Below are positions 49,606 through 58,581 of a stretch of DNA of 64,000 nt, piece by piece. Position 1 is the stretch's first letter. Each line of letters starts with the position of its first letter. Source of the stretch: Nitrospirota bacterium (GTDB taxonomy: Bacteria; Nitrospirota; Nitrospiria; Nitrospirales; NS-4); assembly GCA_963788195.1 (NCBI GenBank), contig CAWBGA010000001.1:32001-96000 (forward strand), read 5' to 3'. Made by a program: the position numbers and the translations under genes. Below the pieces are notes generated by a model. It was not told where the DNA came from. It searched no databases and saw nothing but the letters and a program-made list of their open reading frames with translations.

Positions 49606-51748
49606 ATGAGCGTGGTTACGCTGCTGCTCGGTATTCATAACCACCAGCCGGTGGGCAACTTCGACCAGGTCTTCCGACAGGGGTTTGATCAGTGTTATCG
49701 GCCGTTCCTCGATGTCCTGGAACGGCACCCGCACATTCGCCTTTCATTGCACTATACCGGTCCGCTGCTTGACTGGTTTGCCAAGGAGGAACCTGGCTTT
49801 CTTGAACGGCTCCGGAGCTTGATTGCAACCGGCCAGGTAGAAATGCTTGGAGGTGGCTTGTACGAGCCTATCCTGTCGGTCATCCCAGATCGTGATGCCG
49901 TCGGCCAGGTCAACGGCCTGTCACAACGATTACAAGACCTCCTGGGTGTCCGCCCTCAGGGGTTATGGCTCGCGGAGCGTGTGTGGGACGGCGGGTTACC
50001 GAAGAAACTCGCGCCGACGGGGCTTCGGTATACCATCCTGGATGATTCACATTTTTTCAATGCCGGGTTCGAACCCGACTCCCTTAGTGGATATTATTTG
50101 ACAGAGCGGGAAGGTCACCCCTTAGCCGTCTTTCCGATCAATAAAGACCTGCGGTATCTGATTCCATTCCGTGTCCCCGAAGAGCTCATCGATGTGTTGG
50201 GGAAACTTCGGGTCCGCGGCGAAGATACGGCGGTGACGTATGCCGATGACGGCGAAAAGTTCGGAATGTGGCCGGGGACACATCAATGGGTATTTGTGGA
50301 AGGCTATCTGGAGCGGCTCTTTACTGCGCTCGAGCACAACGCCGAATGGATCCGGCTCAGCACGTTTAGTGAGTACCTGCAAGACCATCCGGCCACCGGG
50401 CGCATGTACCTCCCGTCCGCTTCCTACGAAGAGATGATGGAGTGGGCCCTCCCGGCAGCGGCTGCTAAAGCTCTGCATGAGCGTCGGGCCGAACTGGAGC
50501 AAGAAGGCCGGCTTGGGGCTTTTCAAGGGTTTTTACGCGGGGGATTCTGGGATGGGTTCCTCATGAAGTATTCCGAGTCCAACCACATGCACAAACGCAT
50601 GCTGGATGTGAGCGAGCGGATCGCGACAATGCCGGCCGGCGGAACAGTTTCGGAAGCGCGGGATTTTTTGTGGCGAGCCCAGGGCAATGACGTCTACTGG
50701 CACGGCTTGTTTGGCGGACTCTATCTCAGCAACTTGCGGCATGAAACGTATCGCAACCTGATTGCCGCCGAAATCCGGATTGACACTGCGGCTCATAGCG
50801 GCGATTCGCGTGCAGGATGGGTCGATGTTCGGGTGGTGGACATGGATCGTGACGGTCATCCTGAAGTGCTCGTTGCCACCGAGGCGTTGGGACTCTGTGT
50901 GGCGCCGGCCTGTGGAGGAAGCCTGCTTGAACTGGACTATCGGCCGGTCCAATTCAATCTCCTGAATGTCATTGCGCGCCGACCGGAGGCGTATCACGGC
51001 AAGCTTGCCGAGGCTTCACATGAGGCCGATCCCGGAGGCGGTCCACCCAAGTCGATTCACGAACTTGTCAAGGTCAAAGAGCGCGGCTTGGATCAACGAC
51101 TGATTTATGACCGGCACCGCCGCAGTAGTTTCGTGGATCGATTTTTGGACCCCGGGACGCCTTCGGAAGCCTTGGACCGCATTGACGACGTAGAACTGGG
51201 TGATTTCGTGGGAGCACGGTACTCACTGGGAGAACACCGTGTCACTAAGAGCATACTTGCGTTGCCACTGAAGTTCGCCGGCACGGTCCGACACGATGGG
51301 CAGGTGATCCCCATTTCGATTGAAAAGACCTACCGGCTGTCTGGACGTGAGGAGAGCCTGACGGTTGTGTATAAGCTGGAAAGTCAGGGAGCTGAACCCT
51401 GCACTTTGCGTTTCGGCATGGAGCTGAACATGACGCTGCTCGCCGGCAACGATCCCCAACGTTATTATGAATGGCCGGGCAGCGGCCATATCCGGCTGCA
51501 AGAGCGCGGGGAGGTGCCACAGGCGGACTGGTTCGCGATGGTAGATGAGTGGCAGCGTTTCCGGGTGGTGATCAGGCTTGCCCGCGCGGGGCGATATCTG
51601 GTTTACGCCCATTGAGACGGTTTCCCAATCAGAAGAGGGCTTCGAGCGGACCTATCAGGGTTCCTGCATTTTGGCGTCAGCGGCAGTCCACCTCAAGCCT
51701 GGCGTTGCCGTCAAACTCGAGGCACATCTTGAGATCAGTGACCTGTAA
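49606..51748 (+). CDS. GH57 4-alpha-glucanotransferase/alpha-amylase with DUF1926-type C-terminus; frame break near 51595
   Basis: HNHQPVGN, WLAERVW, DDGEKFG, SYEEMMEW; PIETVSQSEEGFERTYQG lies in another frame ending TAA 51748. Confidence 0.88.
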
Positions 51749-51816
51749 CCATCGTCTGCACAGAGTGGAGGGAGATTTTCCCTTCACCCGGAATGATAGG
51801 CTGGCATCGGAGGTTT

Positions 51817-52818
51817 GTGCCTGAATTCAGACGTGATCCAGTAATCGGTCGGTGGGTGATTCTCTCGGCTGATCGGATTCAGCGACCGAGCGATTTTCAA
51901 AATTATTATTCATTGCAGCCCGCCCTGCCGCTCTGCCCGTTTTGTCCGGGCAATGAAGCTCAGACGCCTCCCGAAATTCTGGCCTACCGGACCCCGGGAA
52001 CCTTACCCGACAGTCCAGGGTGGGAGATTCGAGTTGTCCCGAATAAATTCCCAGCCCTACAGATTGAGGGCGATCTTGACCGTGCAGGTGATGGTCTCTA
52101 TGACCGCATGAACGGCGTCGGAGCCCACGAAGTCATTATTGAGACGCCGGACCACAAAGCAACCATCGAAAGCTTGCCACACAAGCACCTTGAAGATGTA
52201 TTGTGGGTGTACCGCGACCGTATTCTCGATTTAAGGAAGGACCTGCGCCTGAGATCCGTGCTGGTCTTTAAAAATCACGGACCTGCTGCGGGGGCGACCC
52301 TTGAGCATCCGCATTCGCAACTGATTGCGTTGCCGATCGTTCCAATAAATGTGCAGGCAGAAGTCGAGGGATCCCGCCAGCATTACCGGAATAAGGAACG
52401 TTGTGTGTATTGCGACATCATCCGGCAGGAGAGCCGGGAGCGTACCCGCATCGTTGCGGAAAATGAGCACTTTCTCTGTGTCGTGCCTTTCGCGGCGCGC
52501 TTTCCTTTTGAGCTGTTGATCCTTCCCAAGCGACATCGCTCTTCCTACGAGGATATCGAAAGGTTCGAGGTCGAAGGGCTCGCCAGGGTTCTTGCCGATA
52601 CGCTCCGAAGGGTCGATCGGGTTCTCGGGGTGCCGCCGTTCAACTTTCTCCTGCACACATCGCCCTTGCGCGAACCGACGGAGGACTTCTATCATTGGCA
52701 TATCGAGATCATTCCCAAGCTAACCCAGGTTGCCGGCTTTGAATGGGGGGCAGGTTTCTATATCAATCCCGTCTTTCCGGAAGAAGCGGCCGTTTTCTTG
52801 CGCGAGGTAGAAATCTGA
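51817..52818 (+). CDS. galT: Galactose-1-phosphate uridylyltransferase family
   Basis: CPFCPGNE, PNKFPAL, LEHPHSQ active-site motif; GGAGG RBS. Confidence 0.92.
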   Translation: MPEFRRDPVIGRWVILSADRIQRPSDFQNYYSLQPALPLCPFCPGNEAQTPPEILAYRTPGTLPDSPGWEIRVVPNKFPALQIEGDLDRAGDGLYDRMNGVGAHEVIIETPDHKATIESLPHKHLEDVLWVYRDRILDLRKDLRLRSVLVFKNHGPAAGATLEHPHSQLIALPIVPINVQAEVEGSRQHYRNKERCVYCDIIRQESRERTRIVAENEHFLCVVPFAARFPFELLILPKRHRSSYEDIERFEVEGLARVLADTLRRVDRVLGVPPFNFLLHTSPLREPTEDFYHWHIEIIPKLTQVAGFEWGAGFYINPVFPEEAAVFLREVEI

Positions 52819-53102
52819 AAGTCCTGTTCAACCATCCTGTTCGGGAATTGAACATCCCCGGGCCGAAACGCGTGCAAGATTTGTTGAAGGAACTGGATCT
52901 GATACCGGAAAGCGTCCTGGTTATTCGAGGGGATGATCTCGTGACCGAAGACGACACGCTTCGAGACGAGGATTGTGTCGAGATTCGCCCGGTCATCTCG
53001 GGCGGCCAGGGGAAAGAGGCTCCGTCTCGGCGGAGCCAGGGTGGGCGGGTGGCAAGGGGTAAAAAGGCTCCGTCTCGGCGGAGCCAGGGCGCGGGAAGCT
53101 GA
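52815..53102 (+). CDS. ttuB: ThiS/MoaD-family sulfur carrier (TtuB-like) with a 31-aa repeat-derived extension after Gly-Gly
   Basis: Ubiquitin-like sequence ending EIRPVISGG, upstream of ttuA; apparent CTG start overlapping the galT stop. Confidence 0.75.
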   Translation: MKVLFNHPVRELNIPGPKRVQDLLKELDLIPESVLVIRGDDLVTEDDTLRDEDCVEIRPVISGGQGKEAPSRRSQGGRVARGKKAPSRRSQGAGS

Positions 53103-53352
53103 GATGAAGATCAAGAACAGAGAACTACCCCGGCGGCCTTATAACCATCAGGCCCATGGGCGAGACGAACTCGTCCTGGCGAGGTCGGGGGTGGGCTGGG
53201 TGTAGTGGTCGAGCAAGCTCGGCTTGGCGGGAGGGTGAATGTGGGCGGGTGGCCAGGGGGAAAAGGCTCCGTCTCGGCGGAGCCAGGGTGGGCGGGTGCC
53301 AGGGGTAAGAAGTCTGTCTTGGCAGACTTCAGGGTGGGCGGGTGAAATAAGG
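53006..53352 (+). repeat. Mosaic array E of hairpin repeat units
   Basis: Three GGCTCC-GTCTCGGC-GGAGCC units, GAACTC-GTCCTGGC-GAGGTC and GAAGTCT-GTCTTGGC-AGACTTC with GGGCGGGTG tails. Confidence 0.9.
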
Positions 53353-53359
53353 ATAATTT

Positions 53360-54277
53360 ATGCGCTGCCGTAAATGCCCGCATAAAGCCGTGCTCGGCAT
53401 TCCGCGGCACAATACGGCGTTTTGTCAGACCTGCCTTACGGAATTTGTCTGCCGGCAGATAGAGCGTGCCATTCACGAAGAGAAGATGTTCACGAAGACA
53501 GACCGTGTGTTAGTGGCTGTCTCAGGCGGGAAGGACAGCCTCACCCTCTTGGATGTGTTGCATCGCCTGGGCTATGCGGTGGCTGCCCTGTACGTGGACC
53601 TCGGCATTGGTGAATATTCACGAGCCTCGAAGTCCAAGGTGGAACAATTCACAGAGCCGCGTGGGATCAAGCTGCATGTCCATGAGGTCCAGGAAAATGA
53701 GGGCGCAGGCATTAACGAGCTCTCGGCCTTGATTCGCCGGCCTACGTGCTCTACCTGCGGGACCATTAAGCGCTATCATTTTAACCGGACCGCGGTGGAG
53801 CACGGCTATACGATTCTGGCCACGGGTCATAATCTGGATGACGAGGCCGCCCGGCTATTGGGAAACATTCTGCACTGGCAGACGGACTATTTGGAGAAGC
53901 AAGGGCCGTCTTTGCCCGACTCGGTCGAGGGCTTCGCCAAGAAAGTGAAGCCTCTCTATCGCCTGGCAGAACGGGAGATCGCGGCTTACGCGATTGTCAA
54001 TCGCCTGGATTACATCGTGGAGGAGTGCCCGAACTCCAAAGGGGCTAAAATGCTGCTCTATAAAGAGACTTTGAATCGCTTAGAGAATGAGTCGCCCGGA
54101 ACAAAGCAGATGTTTTACTGGGGATTCCTTGCGAAGCAAAAAACTGAAAGCGCCGATCGGCCCTCGATGGCGGACAGCGATCGGGCGATTCTTCAGCCCT
54201 GTTCAAAATGCAGCCAGCCCACAACGAGTGAGATCTGCGGCTATTGCCGAATGATGGCGCGCGCGCAAACCGTCTAG
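53360..54277 (+). CDS. ttuA: tRNA 2-thiolation enzyme (TtuA/Ncs6 family)
   Basis: N- and C-terminal zinc fingers, PP-loop SGGKDS, CSTC, GHNLDD, ECP. Confidence 0.88.
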   Translation: MRCRKCPHKAVLGIPRHNTAFCQTCLTEFVCRQIERAIHEEKMFTKTDRVLVAVSGGKDSLTLLDVLHRLGYAVAALYVDLGIGEYSRASKSKVEQFTEPRGIKLHVHEVQENEGAGINELSALIRRPTCSTCGTIKRYHFNRTAVEHGYTILATGHNLDDEAARLLGNILHWQTDYLEKQGPSLPDSVEGFAKKVKPLYRLAEREIAAYAIVNRLDYIVEECPNSKGAKMLLYKETLNRLENESPGTKQMFYWGFLAKQKTESADRPSMADSDRAILQPCSKCSQPTTSEICGYCRMMARAQTV

Positions 54278-54366
54278 AGCCGATTTCTTATCCCGACGCT
54301 TACCTTGCGGGATCGGCGGAATTCAGGTACAAACATCAGGATTCAAAAAATACCTTAAGAGATGAT

Positions 54367-54546
54367 ATGCCGTTGCCCGTGAAACCCTGCCCATACTGCC
54401 AAAAGCTCATGTGGGTGAAGGATGCCTCCGTCGAATGGCTTGATGAAACAACCTTCCGCTTTCCTTGCCCTCACTGCCATGCCCTAGTCCGCCGGAAGCT
54501 TATTGATTTCGGGGCGAACGCGTGCGGCCCCATCAAGCCGAGCTAA
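54367..54546 (+). CDS. Small zinc-ribbon protein (59 aa)
   Basis: CPYC and CPHC pairs. Confidence 0.6.
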   Translation: MPLPVKPCPYCQKLMWVKDASVEWLDETTFRFPCPHCHALVRRKLIDFGANACGPIKPS

Positions 54547-54572
54547 CTTTCGCGTCCGAATGTGGGAGGTTC

Positions 54573-55412
54573 ATGACTGCCCTTCAAGATGGCGAGCGCA
54601 TCCATTTAGTCGATTCCAAAAACCGACATTATGCGCTGACACTCAAGGGCGGCGACGTCTTTCAATTAAGCGGAGAGAGAATCGCTCACGATTCGCTCAT
54701 CGGCAAACCGGATGGAACTCTAGTCACTCTGTCCGCAGGGCGGCGGCTCTTAGCGCTACGTCCGACGCTCTCGGAATACGTCCTCAAGATGCCTCGCGGG
54801 GCGCAGGTCCTGTATCCCAAGGATTTGGGGGTGATCGTTCAATGGGCGGACATCTACCCCGGCGCCCGGGTGTTTGAGGCGGGCACCGGGTCCGGCGCGC
54901 TCACCATGGCGTTGTTGCGTGCGGTGGGAGACCGGGGCCATGTCTTCAGTTACGAGGCGCGCGAGGACTTTGCCAAGACCGCCATGAATAACATCGAACG
55001 ATACTTAGGCCCGAGCAAGAATCTGACTGTTCGGCAGAAGAATGCGTATGAGGGGATTGAAGAGACGGAACTGGATCGAGTGATTCTGGACCTGCCGGAG
55101 CCCTGGCAGGTGATTCCTCATGCCGCATTGGCTTTGCGCTCGGGCGGTATTTATCTCAGTTATGTCCCCACCATCCCACAAGTGATGCAGACCGTTGAAG
55201 CGCTCCACCGCGTCGCGGTCTTTTCGATGATTCAAAGCTTTGAAACATTGCTGCGCACATGGAACATCGAAGGGCGGAGTGTTCGTCCCGATCATCGCAT
55301 GGTGGCGCACAGCGGCTTTTTGACCGTAGCCAGAAAAGTCGAACCGGGCCTCGCGAGCAGGAGCGGGGCGCACACTCAAGACAGTGCCGACCCCGATGAG
55401 AACGAGCCGTAA
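54573..55412 (+). CDS. trmI: tRNA (adenine-58-N1)-methyltransferase
   Basis: MPRGAQVLYPKD, EAGTGSGAL, LDLPEPW, VRPDHRMVAHSGF. Confidence 0.93.
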   Translation: MTALQDGERIHLVDSKNRHYALTLKGGDVFQLSGERIAHDSLIGKPDGTLVTLSAGRRLLALRPTLSEYVLKMPRGAQVLYPKDLGVIVQWADIYPGARVFEAGTGSGALTMALLRAVGDRGHVFSYEAREDFAKTAMNNIERYLGPSKNLTVRQKNAYEGIEETELDRVILDLPEPWQVIPHAALALRSGGIYLSYVPTIPQVMQTVEALHRVAVFSMIQSFETLLRTWNIEGRSVRPDHRMVAHSGFLTVARKVEPGLASRSGAHTQDSADPDENEP

Positions 55413-55517
55413 GTCGGGGCGCCGGTCCGCGCGCTGTCCGCGATCGTCGTTTTTCGAGACGGGTGATGCCGATTGGGGTAATTCAAAAGGGTGCGATGCG
55501 GCGGTGAGTCTCTCTTA

Positions 55518-57275
55518 ATGACTGAAATTGCTTTTCTTCGCGATCTGGTCGTTCTCTTCAGCGTCTCCGTCGTCGTCGTCTATTTTTTCGACAGATTGGG
55601 CTTGCCAGCGGTCGTCGGTTTCCTGGTGGCCGGGGCGATGGTCGGGCCGTACGGCTTGGATTTCGTCCAGGACGTCTCTCATGTCGAGGTGTTCGCGGAG
55701 ATCGGGGTCGTGCTTCTCTTATTCACCATCGGCGTGGAGTTTTCACTGGCGCATATCCCGTCGCTGCGCGGCGTTTTGGCAAGTGGAGGGCTTCAGATCG
55801 GATTCACGATAGCGCTTACAACGCTGGCCGGCATGGTCTCCGGCCTCCCCTGGAACCAAGGCGTATTTTGGGGATTTCTGGCGGCCATGAGCAGCACGGC
55901 CATTGTGCTGAATATGATTACCACTCGGGACGAAACCAATTCCCCGCACGGCCGGCTCAGTCTTGGAATTCTGATCGTCCAGGATTTTGCGGTCTTACCG
56001 ATGATGATGCTGACTCCGGGCTTGGCGAATCAGGGCGGCAGCATCATCGCGGTGGTCTGGCCCCTGGCGAAGGCCATTTTGGTCGTCACGCTGATTCTTG
56101 TTGCGGCCCGGTACCTGGTGCCTCGGATGTTGGAGAGGGTCGTCAGAAGCCGGAGCCGTGAACTGTTCCTGATCACGATCATCCTGATTTGTCTCGGCAT
56201 TGCCTGGCTCAGCTCGCTCGCAGGGCTTTCCTTGGCGCTGGGCGCATTCATTGCGGGACTGATCATTTCAGAATCTGAGTACAGCCATCAAGCTATGGCG
56301 GAAGTCCTCCCGTTCCGACACGGCTTCAACAGCCTGTTCTTTATGTCCATCGGGATGCTCCTCGACTTTCGTGTGTTACTGGCACACCCTGTGCTCGTAA
56401 CTACCCTTGTGGCAGCGGTTGTAGTGGGGAAAGCGGTGGTGACGGGGGTTGCGGCCATCGCCGCTGGGTACGCATGGCGGCCGGCAATTCTGACCGGTAT
56501 GGCCCTCGCGCAGGTCGGGGAGTTTTCCTTCATTCTTTCAAAGGTCGGCAAGGACGTCGGACTGCTGTCTACGAGCGCTTTTCAAATTTTTCTCGCCGTC
56601 TCGGTCTTGACACTGCTACTCACGCCTTTTTTGATCGAGCTGTCACCCAAGATTGCCCGCCGGGCGGAAGCGATACAGCGCCTCCATCACTGGGGTCGTC
56701 CCGAAGGCCTTGTGGAGGAGCCGCCCATGGTCTTGCGGGAGCATACCATTATCGCGGGCTACGGAATTAACGGGCGAAACCTTGCGCAAGTGCTGCGAGA
56801 GACGGAGATTTCCTTCGTCATTGTCGAGATGGATGGCGATGTGGTGCGGCAGGAACAAAAAAAGTCAGTGCCCATCTATTTCGGTGATGTCACCCATCCC
56901 CAGACATTGCGACGATTAGGCATCCAAGATGCACGGGCACTGGTTCTGGCAATTTCAGACCCACTTGCGACTCGCCGCGCTATTAAAGTTGCTCGTGAGT
57001 TGAACCCGAGGATCCATATCATTTCCCGAACCCGGTACCTTCGTGAAATCGACGACCTACTCGCTTCGGGGGCCGACCAGGTGGTCCCTGAGGAGTTTGA
57101 GACTTCTATCGAGATATTCTGCCTGGTCCTACAGGAATACCGAGTTCCCGCTGGAATCATCGCCGAGAAGGCGGAGCGAATCCGGAAACAGGGGTATGCC
57201 CTGTTGCGGCGGAGTAAGTCCGAATGGAAGGAGCTGGTTACAGAGCGAATTGATGACCGATATGTTGATGATTAG
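55518..57275 (+). CDS. CPA2/Kef-family cation:proton antiporter with TrkA-N domain
   Basis: AEIGVVLLLFTIGVE, SSTAIV, IVQD, QVGEFSF, GYGINGR, YFGD. Confidence 0.92.
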   Translation: MTEIAFLRDLVVLFSVSVVVVYFFDRLGLPAVVGFLVAGAMVGPYGLDFVQDVSHVEVFAEIGVVLLLFTIGVEFSLAHIPSLRGVLASGGLQIGFTIALTTLAGMVSGLPWNQGVFWGFLAAMSSTAIVLNMITTRDETNSPHGRLSLGILIVQDFAVLPMMMLTPGLANQGGSIIAVVWPLAKAILVVTLILVAARYLVPRMLERVVRSRSRELFLITIILICLGIAWLSSLAGLSLALGAFIAGLIISESEYSHQAMAEVLPFRHGFNSLFFMSIGMLLDFRVLLAHPVLVTTLVAAVVVGKAVVTGVAAIAAGYAWRPAILTGMALAQVGEFSFILSKVGKDVGLLSTSAFQIFLAVSVLTLLLTPFLIELSPKIARRAEAIQRLHHWGRPEGLVEEPPMVLREHTIIAGYGINGRNLAQVLRETEISFVIVEMDGDVVRQEQKKSVPIYFGDVTHPQTLRRLGIQDARALVLAISDPLATRRAIKVARELNPRIHIISRTRYLREIDDLLASGADQVVPEEFETSIEIFCLVLQEYRVPAGIIAEKAERIRKQGYALLRRSKSEWKELVTERIDDRYVDD

Positions 57276-57346
57276 GGTGTCCCTTCGTCCAAAACGAAGG
57301 CGTATCGGGTTGTTTCTGCCCACATAATCAGCCCATTTTTTCCTCA

Positions 57347-57359
57347 TAACACATTGATT
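57347..57359 (-). promoter_or_regulatory. IHF-binding consensus site
   Basis: Reverse strand AATCAAtgtgTTA matches WATCAANNNNTTR. Confidence 0.45.
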
Positions 57360-57388
57360 ATTAACATGTTATTAGGCATTCTGAAAAC

Positions 57389-57418
57389 TTGACAAATAGT
57401 CGGGTCACCCATTACAGT
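57389..57418 (+). promoter_or_regulatory. Sigma-70 promoter of dsrE2-tusA
   Basis: TTGACA-18 nt-TACAGT. Confidence 0.55.
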
Positions 57419-57493
57419 AGTATTGCGATGCTAGAGGGGAATCGGGGAGGTCCCGGGTAAAGCCGGCCTCCCCGATTATCTTTGGAGGCCTTG

Positions 57494-58034
57494 ATGAATA
57501 CGGTCATGACTGCGCAACTTGATCCCCAAGCGGCACTTGATTGAGTTGCAAGAAAAAAAACCCAAGCGGGTGACACTGGTCGTCCTTAGCGGTGATATGG
57601 ACCGTGTCATGGCGGCGTTCATCATCGCGACAGGCGCGGCCTCCATGGGAATGCAGGTGACCATGTTCTTCACCTTCTGGGGGCTCAATGCCGTTCGCCG
57701 TCCGAGGTCCCGCGGGAAGGCAAAGGATTGGTTGCGTACCGTATTTGGGGCTCTTAATAAGCCCGGAGCCGAGAGATTGCCGTTATCGCGCTTTCATTTC
57801 TGGGGGCTTGGCACTCGAATGATGAAGCTTGTGATGAAACAACAGAGGATGCCTGGTGTGCCGGAACTCATGGAGGTGGCAAAGGATCTGGGGGTTAAGT
57901 TCATTGCCTGCACCACTACCCTGGGGCTGATGGGAATTGATAAGGATACCCTGGTTGAGGGCGTGGATCAACTCGCCGGCGTGTCAACCTATCTGGCGGA
58001 AGCCAAAGACGCCCAGGTGAATCTGTTTATTAAG
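57494..58034 (+). CDS. DsrE2/DsrE-DsrF-DrsH-like sulfur transferase (frame break near 57530; stop apparently lost near 58031)
   Basis: SGDMDRVMAAFIIATGAA, FFTFWGL, IACTTT, ending VNLFI; GGAGG RBS before ATG 57494. Confidence 0.8.
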
Positions 58035-58049
58035 TTAAGAAGGTTACCC

Positions 58050-58295
58050 ATGCAGAAAGATGTTGTCCTCGATACGTTGGGGTTGTTTTGTCCCATGCCG
58101 ATCATTAAAACTTCAAAAAAAATTAAAGAACTCACAGTCGGTCAGGTCTTAGAGGTGATCTCCGATGATGAGGGTATCAAAGAAGATATGCCGGCATGGT
58201 GTGAGACAACCGGGCATGAGTTTTTAGGCCTCGAGGAACAAGCCAACGGCGGCAAGTCCACCCACTACAGAGCCTACGTTAAGAAAAGTAAGTAA
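58050..58295 (+). CDS. tusA: TusA/SirA-family sulfur carrier
   Basis: LDTLGLFCPMP, VISDD, DMPAWC. Confidence 0.88.
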   Translation: MQKDVVLDTLGLFCPMPIIKTSKKIKELTVGQVLEVISDDEGIKEDMPAWCETTGHEFLGLEEQANGGKSTHYRAYVKKSK

Positions 58296-58360
58296 TCCGT
58301 CTCTATTTTCGTTGAATCAGAAGGGATTTCGGGCCGCCGCCGGGCTGGCGGTTGTGAGAC

Positions 58361-58466
58361 TTTTCCACAGTGATTGCACTGGTTGTTGACAACTTGTCCA
58401 TTTGCTGAATCACAGTTTTTCCACAATATTTAGATACACGTTCATTTTTTCTACTACATCTGGTAT
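58361..58466 (+). promoter_or_regulatory. nrdJ control region: two DnaA-box matches and two NrdR boxes
   Basis: TTTTCCACA at 58361 and 58417; ccaCaAtATtTaGata at 58421 and ctaCtAcATcTgGtat at 58451; TTGACA at 58474. Confidence 0.7.
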
Positions 58467-58581
58467 TTTAGTATTGACACGCTCCAGACTCAATGGTAAA
58501 AGCCGTGTCTAGTTTTTGGGGGGTGTGTCTCAGGCTTACCGGAATCCAGTCATTAGACAATTCGATCAGGAGGAAACCAGG

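Noticed and set aside
57519..58295. Natural DsrE2-TusA fusion protein (258-aa ORF)
   Set aside because: One extra T at TTTATTAAG would give VNLFI-stop, the usual DsrE ending, and TusA has its own ATG. Given the many other indels, an artefact is more likely, though this needs a read check
58361..58425. Replication origin
   Set aside because: Only two clear DnaA boxes, no dnaA/dnaN context, and the position fits nrdJ promoter control
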